A stretch of DNA of 64,000 bases from assembly GCA_046539325.1 (NCBI GenBank), contig JBKHHD010000001.1, forward strand, positions 1-64,000, in the 5' to 3' direction. Positions 18,972 to 28,660 of this stretch are shown here, one piece after another. The notes below the pieces were generated by a model that ran no database searches, had not been told where the DNA came from, and saw only the letters and a program-made list of their open reading frames with translations. How positions within the stretch are numbered: the stretch's first letter is position 1; every line of letters starts with the position of its first letter. This DNA comes from Candidatus Aenigmatarchaeota archaeon. Lineage in GTDB: Archaea; Aenigmatarchaeota; Aenigmatarchaeia; PWEA01. Both the position numbers and the translations under genes were made by a program.

Positions 18972-19598
18972 TCAGCTTATCTGTCTTGACCACGATCTTT
19001 CCTCGGTCATCATTTTCCCGAGGTCGTCCTTTAATTCAATCCTGTAGAAGACAGAGCTATGGTTTCCATTACCATGGGTTATACCACGGTAGGTTTTTGT
19101 GCGTCCTGAACCATCCAAGCTATCATTGTAGTAGAACTCCGTGACGTACTCCCCGCTTTCGTCAACCAGTTCCACGGAACAGTTTTCACCGTCCTCCAGA
19201 AGGTCGCTGCAGAGCGTCTCGTTGACGTATACGTTCCTGATGCTTCTACCAAGGAAGTTGTGTACGCCGACCTTCACCTCGGAACTGTTGTGGTGAAGGG
19301 AAGTTGAAAAAAGATACTGTACCTTCGAAGGTCTGGATTTCAAACTTGAGAAATTCGTAAATTCGCTGAGCTCTTTGTTGATGTTCCTGTAGCTGGTACC
19401 GTTACTCGCAGCTTCCCTGTAACTCTCCTCGAAGGACCTTCGTAGGTCCTCAAGTTTCCTGTTCTGAAGACCTCGTGAACTTTCGGCCTCTTCGACCAGA
19501 AAGCTGTAGCTCCCTGCAGTACTTATCAGGTAGAGTATCAGGACCATAGCTACTCCAATTATCGTAATTACCTGCCCCTTTCCATCAATAGACTTCAT
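18972..19598 (-). CDS. Minor pilin-like protein
   Basis: GKG/QVITIIGVAMVLIL class III-like signal. Confidence 0.75.
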   Translation of the reverse strand: MKSIDGKGQVITIIGVAMVLILYLISTAGSYSFLVEEAESSRGLQNRKLEDLRRSFEESYREAASNGTSYRNINKELSEFTNFSSLKSRPSKVQYLFSTSLHHNSSEVKVGVHNFLGRSIRNVYVNETLCSDLLEDGENCSVELVDESGEYVTEFYYNDSLDGSGRTKTYRGITHGNGNHSSVFYRIELKDDLGKMMTEERSWSRQIS

Positions 19599-19966
19599 TC
19601 ATACCACCCATATACCGTTATCTGAGCCGGTTCTCTGCTCCCAATAATAAAGCGGCTCGAACTTATCACATCCTTGTCCTTTCCTTCGAAAGCTTCACAA
19701 CCATTGTCGCAGACAACCGTCTCGTGTTCTATGTATTGAGGCAGACAGTTCTCAAGGCTTGTTTGAAATGTAGTGATGTTATCCTCCATCTTACTAGTGT
19801 AACGATAAAGACTGGCGTTTTCGAAACAACCGTCTATCTCCCTTCCCACTGCTTCTTTCCTGAGGTCAGGAAGTTCGACTGGGTCTGAAAAGAGCAGAAA
19901 TACAGTCATAAATACTAGGGAGGATGCAATGAAGGCCTCCATAGTAAAAAGAGTGCCTTTTTTCAT
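19595..19966 (-). CDS. Minor pilin-like protein
   Basis: KKG/TLFTMEAFIASSLV. Confidence 0.78.
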   Translation of the reverse strand: MKKGTLFTMEAFIASSLVFMTVFLLFSDPVELPDLRKEAVGREIDGCFENASLYRYTSKMEDNITTFQTSLENCLPQYIEHETVVCDNGCEAFEGKDKDVISSSRFIIGSREPAQITVYGWYE

Positions 19967-19970
19967 TGTT

Positions 19971-20792
19971 TCACCAGACTGCTACCTCCGGATTTATTAT
20001 CTCTATATAACCGTTTTTGTTCTGATAAAGGAGAGCTTGTGAATACTTTTCCACGTCCGTATCTTCAGGAATGGACTCGCCGATCACGTAGGATTCATTT
20101 GATGTCGAAAACTGCATCCTGAAGCCGTGTTTTATCCCGTAAGATTCACGAATATTCTCCAGCTGCATTCTCTCCATGAGTTCTGCTTTGTGCCTGGAAA
20201 GGGATCTTCTGTTTTCCTCGGAGAATACGGTTGTGTTTACCGTTGCGTTCGTTGATTCCACAAGGTCTGTATGGTTGACGGAAGTTGTGTTGTCCTGGGA
20301 GTAATATACGTCGACTGTAGTTTCTTCGTCGTCTTCTATATCGACCTCAAACAGAACGCTAAACTCGTCCAAAAAACCTTCGTCGCCGTTCTTTTCTATA
20401 TCGGTTGGCAAGGCTTCTCCATCCTGATATGCTATTATCGAGCCTTCCCAGGCGTTGTTTCTGCCATACCTCTCACCGGTTCTTACGGGTACTTTTAATA
20501 TGTAAACACCTCCACTGCTGTTGTATTCATTTATGTATACCGGAACCTTCCATATCCTGCTTCCCATGCCAGCTCTTTCCGTAGTTTCTCTGTAGTTCCA
20601 GTCCCCTGGAACTCCTTCCTGGTTGAAGGCTGTGTCCCATAATCTCCTTGCCTTGTAGCTTAGCTCCGCAGATTCCGATGCTTGCATCGGTGCCGAGTAG
20701 TAACTGGATACGTGCCATACAACGAATGCGAAAACTGTCAGTAGAATGGCCGCTGCAACAGCGAAGTCTATCTGGTTGATACCCTTGCGCAT
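19971..20792 (-). CDS. Minor pilin-like protein
   Basis: RKG/INQIDFAVAAAILL; G.P.DW motif. Confidence 0.78.
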   Translation of the reverse strand: MRKGINQIDFAVAAAILLTVFAFVVWHVSSYYSAPMQASESAELSYKARRLWDTAFNQEGVPGDWNYRETTERAGMGSRIWKVPVYINEYNSSGGVYILKVPVRTGERYGRNNAWEGSIIAYQDGEALPTDIEKNGDEGFLDEFSVLFEVDIEDDEETTVDVYYSQDNTTSVNHTDLVESTNATVNTTVFSEENRRSLSRHKAELMERMQLENIRESYGIKHGFRMQFSTSNESYVIGESIPEDTDVEKYSQALLYQNKNGYIEIINPEVAVW

Positions 20793-20825
20793 AAATATAA
20801 ACAGTTCAGGAGGAATAAATAACTT

Positions 20826-21296
20826 TTAAGGTTCTGGGGTCCTGAGCTTCACCAGGTCTTCGGTACCACCGGAAACGTACTCTACAGTTGAAGTGCCCGG
20901 TTCCTCCAGTTTTCCTTCAAGCCTGATGTCTATCCCGTAAAGAGAGCGAATGTACGTTCTTTTTGGGAACCCTGTCGTTTCAACAACAATTTGTCCAGTG
21001 GAGTTAAGCCGAACATTGTAACCTTGGCCTGCTATTTTCCTGGGAAGGTCCACTGTTTTCTCACCAAGGGTTTCGTTTTCTTCTGAATCGAAATCCCTGT
21101 ACCGATAGGTGGAGTAAAGATTGAGAATCGCATCTCCAACTTCCCTGTTAACAGCCATAGCCTCCGACTGCTGTGACCTCTCTGCTACGTCCACGTAGTA
21201 ATCATGAAAGGTGGACATAACGAGGGATAGTATTACTATTGTTATGGCTAATGCAAGTATATGTGAAAAGTAGTCAGAGACGCCCTTCTTGCTCAT
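20826..21296 (-). CDS. Minor pilin-like protein
   Basis: Start moved to ATG 21296: MSKKG/VSDYFSHILALAITIV; LP..IAG..Y motif. Confidence 0.78.
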   Translation of the reverse strand: MSKKGVSDYFSHILALAITIVILSLVMSTFHDYYVDVAERSQQSEAMAVNREVGDAILNLYSTYRYRDFDSEENETLGEKTVDLPRKIAGQGYNVRLNSTGQIVVETTGFPKRTYIRSLYGIDIRLEGKLEEPGTSTVEYVSGGTEDLVKLRTPEP

Positions 21297-21457
21297 ATTA
21301 CCATCAAAACTCAGAGCTTTCCACATCCTCACAGACCCTTGAAAGGTACCCGTGGTAAAGGACTGTCATCGACAATGCAAACGACAGGGGGTGAGGAGCA
21401 TTTTTATTGATGATTTCCACCAAGGATAAATGGTCTAGTATTCTATAAAAGCTTCGT

Positions 21458-21949
21458 CTAGCATATGAAGTTTGGTGCGTCGTATTCCTCGCACGTATCA
21501 ATTGGCTGTACATCGGGGCACTGGCCAGGATTGACCTGTAGATCCAGTCTATCAGGAGTTCCAACGTCCGAATCATCCTCGCTGGTAACCTCTTCAAAGC
21601 CTCCTGACTCGATTTCTATATCTTCCGTCAGATCCAACTGCGTGGGACTATCATCCTCGTAGACAACAAACCTTATATTACTTGCATTCTCCGTCATACT
21701 GTTGTAAACTGTAGCCTCTATGTGGTCATTAGTCCAAGAAGCAGACTGTATATCCATACTCAACCTTGGACATTCGACCGCCTCTTCGCCTCTCTCGGTA
21801 GCCTCTCCAAGCCTTTCCTCGCCGAAGCTCTGTGCCCAGGTAGCGAGAATAGCGGCTATGGTCATCGTAAATGCTATGAGCAGAACGGCTGCTATAAGAG
21901 GAGATATACCCTTTGAATCACCCGAGAACGGTGCTAGCATGTCCATCAC
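21458..21949 (-). CDS. Archaeal type IV pilin (major-type)
   Basis: SKG/ISPLIAAVLLIAFTMTIAA; own TATA-like element just upstream. Confidence 0.92.
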   Translation of the reverse strand: MMDMLAPFSGDSKGISPLIAAVLLIAFTMTIAAILATWAQSFGEERLGEATERGEEAVECPRLSMDIQSASWTNDHIEATVYNSMTENASNIRFVVYEDDSPTQLDLTEDIEIESGGFEEVTSEDDSDVGTPDRLDLQVNPGQCPDVQPIDTCEEYDAPNFIC

Positions 21950-21986
21950 TTCAATCTTTCACGGCTCTTTTTATATATTTTTCCCA

Positions 21987-22871
21987 TTAAATGAAGACGA
22001 AGAAAGCGCTGTATCCTATAACTATCAGTACAAGTACGTGCTGTAAACCCGCCATTATAGAACCAGAGGACATCTTTCCTATAGCCAGTCCTGAAAAGAA
22101 GCCCTGTATTATCACAAGATTTTGAAACATATCCTCGTATATTACGGCCAGTTCATCCATTTCAAGGCCAGCTCCGCCTACTGCCATCTCTGCCCCACCT
22201 TCAATAGCGAGGCTAGGTATGAGGAATCGTTGGAGACCCACCATGACACCTAGAAATATGAAATAAATAGTGTAGCCAGTTATCATCTGTGAGTAAACGT
22301 GGCTTTTCCTCTCCTTCTTTATCCTCTCCATGTCAGTAACCGACTCTGCCACTACCTCAAGTACATCGGATACGTTCCCCCCTGATCGATGGGTCTCTAT
22401 TATCGTAGTGATCGACCTCCTTATCGCAGGGCTCCCAACACTGTCAGCGAACTTCTTCAAGACTTCATCGAAGGGTACACCCCAGTCCATCTGTGATGCC
22501 ATCTTCCTCACATGGGGATTGAGAACTCCGTAATCACCTTCAGCAGCCTCCTCTATAGCACTAGGAAGGGTCATACCGGCCCTGGTTCCCTGGGTAACAT
22601 CCCTCAGAAAGTCAGGAAATCTTCTCTCAATCTCCTTCTTCCTCCGGTAGTCTCTGTACTTTATGAGCATCGAAGGGCCTATGGCCAGAAGTACTCCAAC
22701 GATATTTATAAGAGGAAAGAATGTCTCGAGACCTGGGATATCTCTAAGGAAGATGAAATTGAGAGCTATAAGAACTGTTCCTACAACGAAAGACATCAAT
22801 ATTGTTACTTCTCTTTTCTCCGTCTTCGTCAACCATTCTATCACATCATCTATTCCAGTATCCATATCCAT
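21987..22871 (-). CDS. Type IV pilus platform protein (TadC/GspF family)
   Basis: FPDFLRD...GMTL..AI...YG.L, ET.RSGG, QGFFSGLAIGKM. Confidence 0.92.
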   Translation of the reverse strand: MDMDTGIDDVIEWLTKTEKREVTILMSFVVGTVLIALNFIFLRDIPGLETFFPLINIVGVLLAIGPSMLIKYRDYRRKKEIERRFPDFLRDVTQGTRAGMTLPSAIEEAAEGDYGVLNPHVRKMASQMDWGVPFDEVLKKFADSVGSPAIRRSITTIIETHRSGGNVSDVLEVVAESVTDMERIKKERKSHVYSQMITGYTIYFIFLGVMVGLQRFLIPSLAIEGGAEMAVGGAGLEMDELAVIYEDMFQNLVIIQGFFSGLAIGKMSSGSIMAGLQHVLVLIVIGYSAFFVFI

Positions 22872-23756
22872 CTATACCACCTCTGGCTGAGTGAAATGTA
22901 TGAACGCTATGAAGGCGGTGTTCATGAGAGGTATTGCACCATATATTCCCAGAGTCATCGCGTCCTCTATATTCATTCCAAGGACCTCTCCGCCTACCAT
23001 GCTCATTATCGTCAGAACAGCGACCAGAAAGAGAGGCGCCGCGATCAGCACTGCCGTGTAAAAGTCCGCGTACGTGGAGAGGCTGTCGAGGTAACGCTTT
23101 CTCTTCTGTTTGTAGTCAAACATAGCCTCGTCCGCCTGAACCTCAAGGAACTCTACGAGGTTTCCACCTGTCTCCTCCACAGAAATAAGACCGCTCAAGA
23201 ATTCCTGGAACTCCTTCGAAGGCGTTCTGCCGGCTGCCTGCTTCAGGGCAGTCGTTATATCGTGCCCGAAAACGTCCACGTCTCTCACTATCTTCTGCGC
23301 CTCTCTGGATACCTGCCCGTACTCCTCAAACTCGGCAAGCAGCTTGAATATTACGTAAGGAGGTACCTTTGAGCTTGCAATGGCTGCCATGTGGTTTATA
23401 GCAAATGGGAGGTTGTTCTTTATACTCTTCGCCCTTGACTTTGATTTTTGAATCGGATAGTAGTATACAAATATAAATGCAAGAGATGCCGAAAGCGTTG
23501 AAGCGCCGAAGCCCATGACAAGAGAGTAAGCTGGGGTTTTACCGAGAAGGAAAAGGGACACAGGTACAGAAACACAAAAGAGCGCTAGGAATACAAGGAG
23601 CGAGGTCATGAGCATCATGCTTGCGTAGGTTCTGTAAAGTATTCCCAGGTCGCTCTTCTGTAACCCCTGTTTCAGACTTTCGGCGTCTTCCTCTAAATTT
23701 TCAGCTAAACTCCCAAAGAACCTTGTGGAAAGCCTCTTGTACTTATCCATCTGCAC
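22872..23756 (-). CDS. Type IV pilus platform protein (TadB/TadC/GspF family)
   Basis: LPFAINHMAAIASS, YGQVSRE, RTPS..FQEFL, TGGNL. Confidence 0.92.
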   Translation of the reverse strand: MQMDKYKRLSTRFFGSLAENLEEDAESLKQGLQKSDLGILYRTYASMMLMTSLLVFLALFCVSVPVSLFLLGKTPAYSLVMGFGASTLSASLAFIFVYYYPIQKSKSRAKSIKNNLPFAINHMAAIASSKVPPYVIFKLLAEFEEYGQVSREAQKIVRDVDVFGHDITTALKQAAGRTPSKEFQEFLSGLISVEETGGNLVEFLEVQADEAMFDYKQKRKRYLDSLSTYADFYTAVLIAAPLFLVAVLTIMSMVGGEVLGMNIEDAMTLGIYGAIPLMNTAFIAFIHFTQPEVV

Positions 23757-23838
23757 CTTTGAAAATTTGGGGTTGCAGCTTAAAATTGTTTGTGCCGTGA
23801 AATCAAGATATTTTAAATCACCGTGACAATGTATACGT

Positions 23839-25170
23839 ATGTCCTACAAAGGTCCCCTGAAAGAGAAGCTTAAGGAGGCCGGCGCAGAGGTCGGCGACGT
23901 AGTAAGGATAACCAAAAACAATAAAGAAAAGGAGGGAGTTTTGCTTCCGAACACAGGTTCTCAAAATACCTTCGTCCTGAAGCTAGGAAGCGGTTACAAC
24001 ACTGGAATAAAGGACGGTGAAAAGGTAAAGGTAGAAAAGGTTGAAAAGAAGGATAAGAATAAAAGTTCTGATGTTTCCTCCATGGAGCCCAAGCCGAAGA
24101 AAAAGGATATAGAAGTCTCGGTTCTTATAGCAGGTGGAACTATAGCTTCGCGCGTAGACTACAGGACAGGAGCTGTAAAGCCTTCTGCAAGCGAGGAGGA
24201 ACTGCTTTCGTTCAACCCCGAGCTTGCCGAAGTTGCGGACATAGAAGCAAGGGAAGTCATGCAGACACTTTCCGAGAACATAAAACCGAAGGACTGGAAG
24301 AAGATAGCCAAGGAAGTGAAGGAGGAGATAGACAAGGCGAAGGACGGTGTCGTGGTTGCGCACGGTACTGACACAATGGGCTACACAGCTGCCGCATTAA
24401 GCTTTATGTTGAAGGATTTATCCGTACCCGTCGTTCTCGTCGGTTCTCAGAGAAGCAGTGATAGAGGAAGCAGCGACGCTTATCAAAACCTAGCATGTGC
24501 TGTAAAGGCCGCTACTACGGACATGGCTGAAGTCATGGTCTGCATGCATGGCGAGAGTTCCGACAGCTTCTGTTACCTACACCCCGGAACCAAGGTCAGG
24601 AAGATGCATACCTCCAGAAGGGACGCGTTCCGTACCGTAAACTCAAAGCCTTACGGAAAAGTGGACTGGGAAACACTGGAGGTGGAAAAAATAAGAGACG
24701 ACTGCAAGAGAAAGGATAAAGGTAGGAAGACGGAGTTAAAAGACAACTTTGAGGAAGACGTTTCACTGGTAAAGATATGCCCTGGAATGGACGCAGAGTC
24801 TTTCAAGGCGCAGCTTCAAGGAACTGAGGGCGTGGTTGTTGAAGGGACAGGCTTGGGGCACCTTCCACTTGAGGACAAAGACATAAAGGAAGTACTTGAA
24901 AACTATCTTGAAGACGGAAACGTGGTATTTATGTCCTCGCAGTGCCTGTACGGAAGGGTAAATATGAACGTTTACGAGACAGGGGTCGATTTACAGGATA
25001 TGGGAGTCATCGGAGACTTCAATGATATATTGCCCGAGACAGCATACGTAAAGCTCGGATGGTTGCTGGGTAACTACGATAAAAACAAAGTCAAGAACCT
25101 TATGCTCCAGGACCTGAGAGGAGAACTGTCCGAAAGAACGGAACATGACGAGTTTGAAGAAGAGGTATAA
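23839..25170 (+). CDS. gatD: Glu-tRNA(Gln) amidotransferase subunit D
   Basis: KL.SGYN.G, GGTIASRVDYRTGAV, HGTDTM, SQRSSDR.SSD, RKMHTSRRDAF. Confidence 0.97.
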   Translation: MSYKGPLKEKLKEAGAEVGDVVRITKNNKEKEGVLLPNTGSQNTFVLKLGSGYNTGIKDGEKVKVEKVEKKDKNKSSDVSSMEPKPKKKDIEVSVLIAGGTIASRVDYRTGAVKPSASEEELLSFNPELAEVADIEAREVMQTLSENIKPKDWKKIAKEVKEEIDKAKDGVVVAHGTDTMGYTAAALSFMLKDLSVPVVLVGSQRSSDRGSSDAYQNLACAVKAATTDMAEVMVCMHGESSDSFCYLHPGTKVRKMHTSRRDAFRTVNSKPYGKVDWETLEVEKIRDDCKRKDKGRKTELKDNFEEDVSLVKICPGMDAESFKAQLQGTEGVVVEGTGLGHLPLEDKDIKEVLENYLEDGNVVFMSSQCLYGRVNMNVYETGVDLQDMGVIGDFNDILPETAYVKLGWLLGNYDKNKVKNLMLQDLRGELSERTEHDEFEEEV

Positions 25171-25172
25171 AT

Positions 25173-25613
25173 ATGGAATCAGAGAAGATAGGGGTCGGCG
25201 TTGGAGTTTTCCTTGAGAAAGACGGGAAAGTCCTTCTGGGCAGGAGGCACAAAGATCCTGAGAAAGCAGACAGCGAGCTTTCTGGTGAAGGTACGTGGAC
25301 GCTTCCAGGAGGAGGTATGAAGTACAAGGAAAGGCCGGAGGAAACGGCACGTCGGGAGGTAAAGGAGGAGACCAGTATAGAGGTGAAGGAAAAGGATCTG
25401 AAAAAGGTAAGCGTGACCGACGACAGGAATGGAGACGTCCATTTCATAACGATAGGTTTCTACTGCGATGAGTTTGAAGGCGAGGCGAAGGTCATGGAAC
25501 CTGAGGAGATCGTCGAATGGAACTGGTTTGAACTGAACGATTTACCTAAACCTGTTTTCCGGCCGAGCGAAAAGCTGATAGAGAAGGTGAAGAAAGGAGA
25601 AAGGATACTTTGA
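25173..25613 (+). CDS. Nudix hydrolase
   Basis: Nudix box PGGGMKYKERPEETARREVKEETS. Confidence 0.92.
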   Translation: MESEKIGVGVGVFLEKDGKVLLGRRHKDPEKADSELSGEGTWTLPGGGMKYKERPEETARREVKEETSIEVKEKDLKKVSVTDDRNGDVHFITIGFYCDEFEGEAKVMEPEEIVEWNWFELNDLPKPVFRPSEKLIEKVKKGERIL

Positions 25614-27460
25614 ACTACAAGGAACTTGGCTTTAAGTGTGGTATAGAAATACACCAACGCCTGGATACAAACAAGCTCTTCTGCAACTGCAGTTCAACGA
25701 TGCAGGAGGAACCTGCTGGCGAGGTCAGAAGGAAGCTCAGGGTTGTTCCTGGTGAAATGGGTGAGGTGGATCCTGCAGCCTTGTACGAGTTCTTGCGCGA
25801 TCGCAAGTTTATCTATAAGACCTACCACACGGAGTCCTGCGAAGTGGAGCTGGACGAGGAGCCTCCGCACGACGTTAGGAAGGAAGCCTTGGATATAAGC
25901 CTGCAGGTAGCGAAGATGTTGAATTGTGGGATTCCGGGAGAAATACATCCCATGAGAAAAACTGTTATAGACGGCTCGAACCCTTCTGGCTTTCAGAGGA
26001 CGATGCTCGTCGGCCTGGACGGGGAGGTTGAGACGAGCGAAGGGTCTGTAGGAGTTGAAAACGTCTGTCTGGAGGAGGAGAGCGCCCAGATACTAAACAG
26101 GGAAGAAAACACCGTGACCTATGGACTGAACAGGCTCGGCATTCCACTGGTCGAGATCGGAACAGCTCCTGATATAAAGAACCCGAAGCATGCGAAGGAA
26201 GTCGCTGAGAAGTTAGGGAATATGCTCAGGGCTACAGGAAGAGTCCAGAGAGGTATAGGAAGTATAAGGCAGGATGTAAACGTTTCCATAGAGGAAGGTT
26301 CAAGGATAGAGGTCAAGGGGCTGCAGGAGCTTGATATTTTAGAGAAGACGGTAAAATTGGAGGTCGAGAGGCAGGTAGAACTGTTGGGAATAAAGAAGGA
26401 GTTGAACAAAAGAAAGGCTTCCGTTGACGATCAAGTAGTTTCTGCTTCCGAAGTTTTCGAGGAAAGCGAGTCGGATTTTGCGGAACGTGTTCTAAAGAAG
26501 AAGGATACAAAGGCGTTTAAGCTCGAAGGATTCGATGGCCTTCTCGCGAGGCAAATCTCAGGAGATAAGACCTTCGGAAAGGAGCTCTCCGAGTACGCGG
26601 AGGCGCAGGGACTGGGAGGTATAATACATACGGACGAAGATCTAGATACCTATGGACTTGTGGAAGAGTTTGAGAAGCTGGAAGAAATAGTTGAAGCAGG
26701 GGAAGAAGACGTTGTAGTCGTTATAGCAGGCGAACAAGGTCTTGGCGAAGCTATAGAAGCTGTGAAGGACAGAGCAAGAAAAGCACTGGAAGAGATACCC
26801 GAGGAGACAAGGGACTCGAACGAAGACGGAACCACAAGCTACTCGCGGCCTCTGCCCGGTGAGGCAAGGATGTATCCAGAGACGGACGTTCCACCGATAT
26901 GTGTTACCGAGGAAAAATTAGATAGCATCGAAGTTCCCGAGAGCCTTGAGGAAAAGAAAAGAAGGCTTGTCAAGGAGGACGGCCTTTCAGAACATTTAGC
27001 GGAAGAAGTTCTGGATAGTAGGTTTTACCATCTCTTTGAAGAGCTCAAGGAGGAAGTAAGCATGGAGAAAACAACCCTTGCGAACCTAATGACGGTAAAG
27101 CTGAAGGATCTGAAGAAAAGAGAGGATCTGCCCGTTGAAGAGATAAGACCCGAGGACTTGGAGAAGTTAATAAGAAGTATAGGCGAAGGTGGGATTCCAA
27201 AGGATTCCTACAACGAGGTACTGAAAGAAGTTTTAATCAAAGGTGAAAAGCTAGAAAAAGCAATTGAAGAAACTGAATTGATTGGTGAAGAAGGTCTTGA
27301 AGAAGTAATTGAAGGAGTTCTCGATGAAAAGGAGGGGCTTCTCGAAGACGAAAGAGCTTTCAAGAAGCTCATGGGTCCTGTTATGCAGGAAGTTGGTGGG
27401 AAGGCAGATGGTGAAAAGGTATCAAAGGTTCTCAAAGAGAAGATAGATGAGAGGAAATGA
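25610..27460 (+). CDS. gatE: Glu-tRNA(Gln) amidotransferase subunit E
   Basis: GIEIHQRL..KLFC, MRKTVIDGSNPSGFQRT, RLGIPLVEI, IRQDVNVSI, RMYPETDVP. Confidence 0.97.
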   Translation: MNYKELGFKCGIEIHQRLDTNKLFCNCSSTMQEEPAGEVRRKLRVVPGEMGEVDPAALYEFLRDRKFIYKTYHTESCEVELDEEPPHDVRKEALDISLQVAKMLNCGIPGEIHPMRKTVIDGSNPSGFQRTMLVGLDGEVETSEGSVGVENVCLEEESAQILNREENTVTYGLNRLGIPLVEIGTAPDIKNPKHAKEVAEKLGNMLRATGRVQRGIGSIRQDVNVSIEEGSRIEVKGLQELDILEKTVKLEVERQVELLGIKKELNKRKASVDDQVVSASEVFEESESDFAERVLKKKDTKAFKLEGFDGLLARQISGDKTFGKELSEYAEAQGLGGIIHTDEDLDTYGLVEEFEKLEEIVEAGEEDVVVVIAGEQGLGEAIEAVKDRARKALEEIPEETRDSNEDGTTSYSRPLPGEARMYPETDVPPICVTEEKLDSIEVPESLEEKKRRLVKEDGLSEHLAEEVLDSRFYHLFEELKEEVSMEKTTLANLMTVKLKDLKKREDLPVEEIRPEDLEKLIRSIGEGGIPKDSYNEVLKEVLIKGEKLEKAIEETELIGEEGLEEVIEGVLDEKEGLLEDERAFKKLMGPVMQEVGGKADGEKVSKVLKEKIDERK

Positions 27461-27795
27461 TCGATTTCGCTCCGCTCTTGATTAACGTAGCAATAAGTTT
27501 TGTCGCGCTTTATATCGGAAATAGATTGATCTCAGGTAGAATATCCTATATCAAGCTTCTCGGGATAGCTGCCTCTGGACAGCTCTTCATAATTTACGCT
27601 CTTCCATATGCTCTAACGGTTACCAGCATGATTCCAATCGCACGACTTGATCTGATATTCGAGGCTATAGTCTGGGTAGGTCTGGTGAACTTTGTAGTGC
27701 CTAAAACCACACCAAAGGAGTATTTTATTTTAGGTATATTGGCATTTGGTGTAAATTATCTTATCGGATATTTCGAGTTATTGTCCCTTATCTAG
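27457..27795 (+). CDS. Small membrane protein (about 4 TM)
   Basis: Hydrophobic ORF with an ATGA overlap to gatE. Confidence 0.7.
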   Translation: MIDFAPLLINVAISFVALYIGNRLISGRISYIKLLGIAASGQLFIIYALPYALTVTSMIPIARLDLIFEAIVWVGLVNFVVPKTTPKEYFILGILAFGVNYLIGYFELLSLI

Positions 27796-28657
27796 TCCCT
27801 GATTTCATATGTTCTTTTAACCCAAACTTTAACCTTCCCTTATCCGTATCCAAGATACAGTTCGCCCCTATTGGGAAGGTTAGGTTTGGTTCCTTATGCC
27901 CAAAATCCATACGGTAAAGAACAGGTATATCGAAATCTTTGAAAAAATCCTTTAGATATTGTTTATTTTCATCAAAATTGAAATTGCCCAGAATAACTCC
28001 CTTCGCTTTCTCGAACTTACCCGCCAGTCTTAACTGTTCAAGTAGATCGTAGATCCTCTGGCCCTTTGGATTGTTTTGCTCTAGAAATATAATTTTCCCA
28101 TCAGTGTCGTATTCATAAGCCGTTCCTAGGGATTCATTGAACAAGTTCAGATTCCCCGCTATGACCCTGCCGCTCGTTTTTCCAGAAACGAAAACGTTTT
28201 TATCGTCAAATTTCCAAGAATAATCTTCCGCCTTAAGGGCTTGCTTAACTGATTCTATAGTCATTTTATCGTATTCTTTCATCTCTTTATAGGGCATAGG
28301 TCCATGGAACGTGATTATTCCCGTCCGAGAACTTATTGCATTGAGGAGAAGTGTAGGATTACTGTAACCTATAATCTTCTTTCCTTGTTTTATTTTATCG
28401 TATTCTATTTCCTCGAGGATTTGAATTGACCCATACCCACCCCTTATGCACCACAGTATTTCACTGTTGTCCTGGAGAGCAGAGTTAATATCCTCAATTC
28501 TTGTCTCCGGGCGCCCAGCAAAGTCCAAATAATCCTCTTTTACTGCTTCAGAAAATGTGACTTCGTAACCTAATTTCTTTACAAACCGCCGTGCATTTCG
28601 CAACTTTTTATCGGTTATCTTCGAAGAAGGTGTTATTAATCTTACTTTCTCCTCCAT
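27788..28657 (-). CDS. S66-family peptidase (LD-carboxypeptidase/MccF-like)
   Basis: ITPSS, IRGGYGS, GYSNPT (Ser nucleophile), TFHGP, GNL, FLE (Glu), FGH (His), PIG. Confidence 0.92.
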   Translation of the reverse strand: MEEKVRLITPSSKITDKKLRNARRFVKKLGYEVTFSEAVKEDYLDFAGRPETRIEDINSALQDNSEILWCIRGGYGSIQILEEIEYDKIKQGKKIIGYSNPTLLLNAISSRTGIITFHGPMPYKEMKEYDKMTIESVKQALKAEDYSWKFDDKNVFVSGKTSGRVIAGNLNLFNESLGTAYEYDTDGKIIFLEQNNPKGQRIYDLLEQLRLAGKFEKAKGVILGNFNFDENKQYLKDFFKDFDIPVLYRMDFGHKEPNLTFPIGANCILDTDKGRLKFGLKEHMKSGTR

Positions 28658-28660
28658 TTT

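Noticed and set aside
16268-21949. Inverted pilin 5' ends as a shufflon/inversion system
   Set aside because: The similarity is at protein level with many synonymous differences; no identical recombination sites and no recombinase gene were seen.
14410-23756. Archaellum operon
   Set aside because: No FlaH/FlaF/FlaG-type genes or archaellin-specific signatures; two separate TadB/C genes indicate a pilus.
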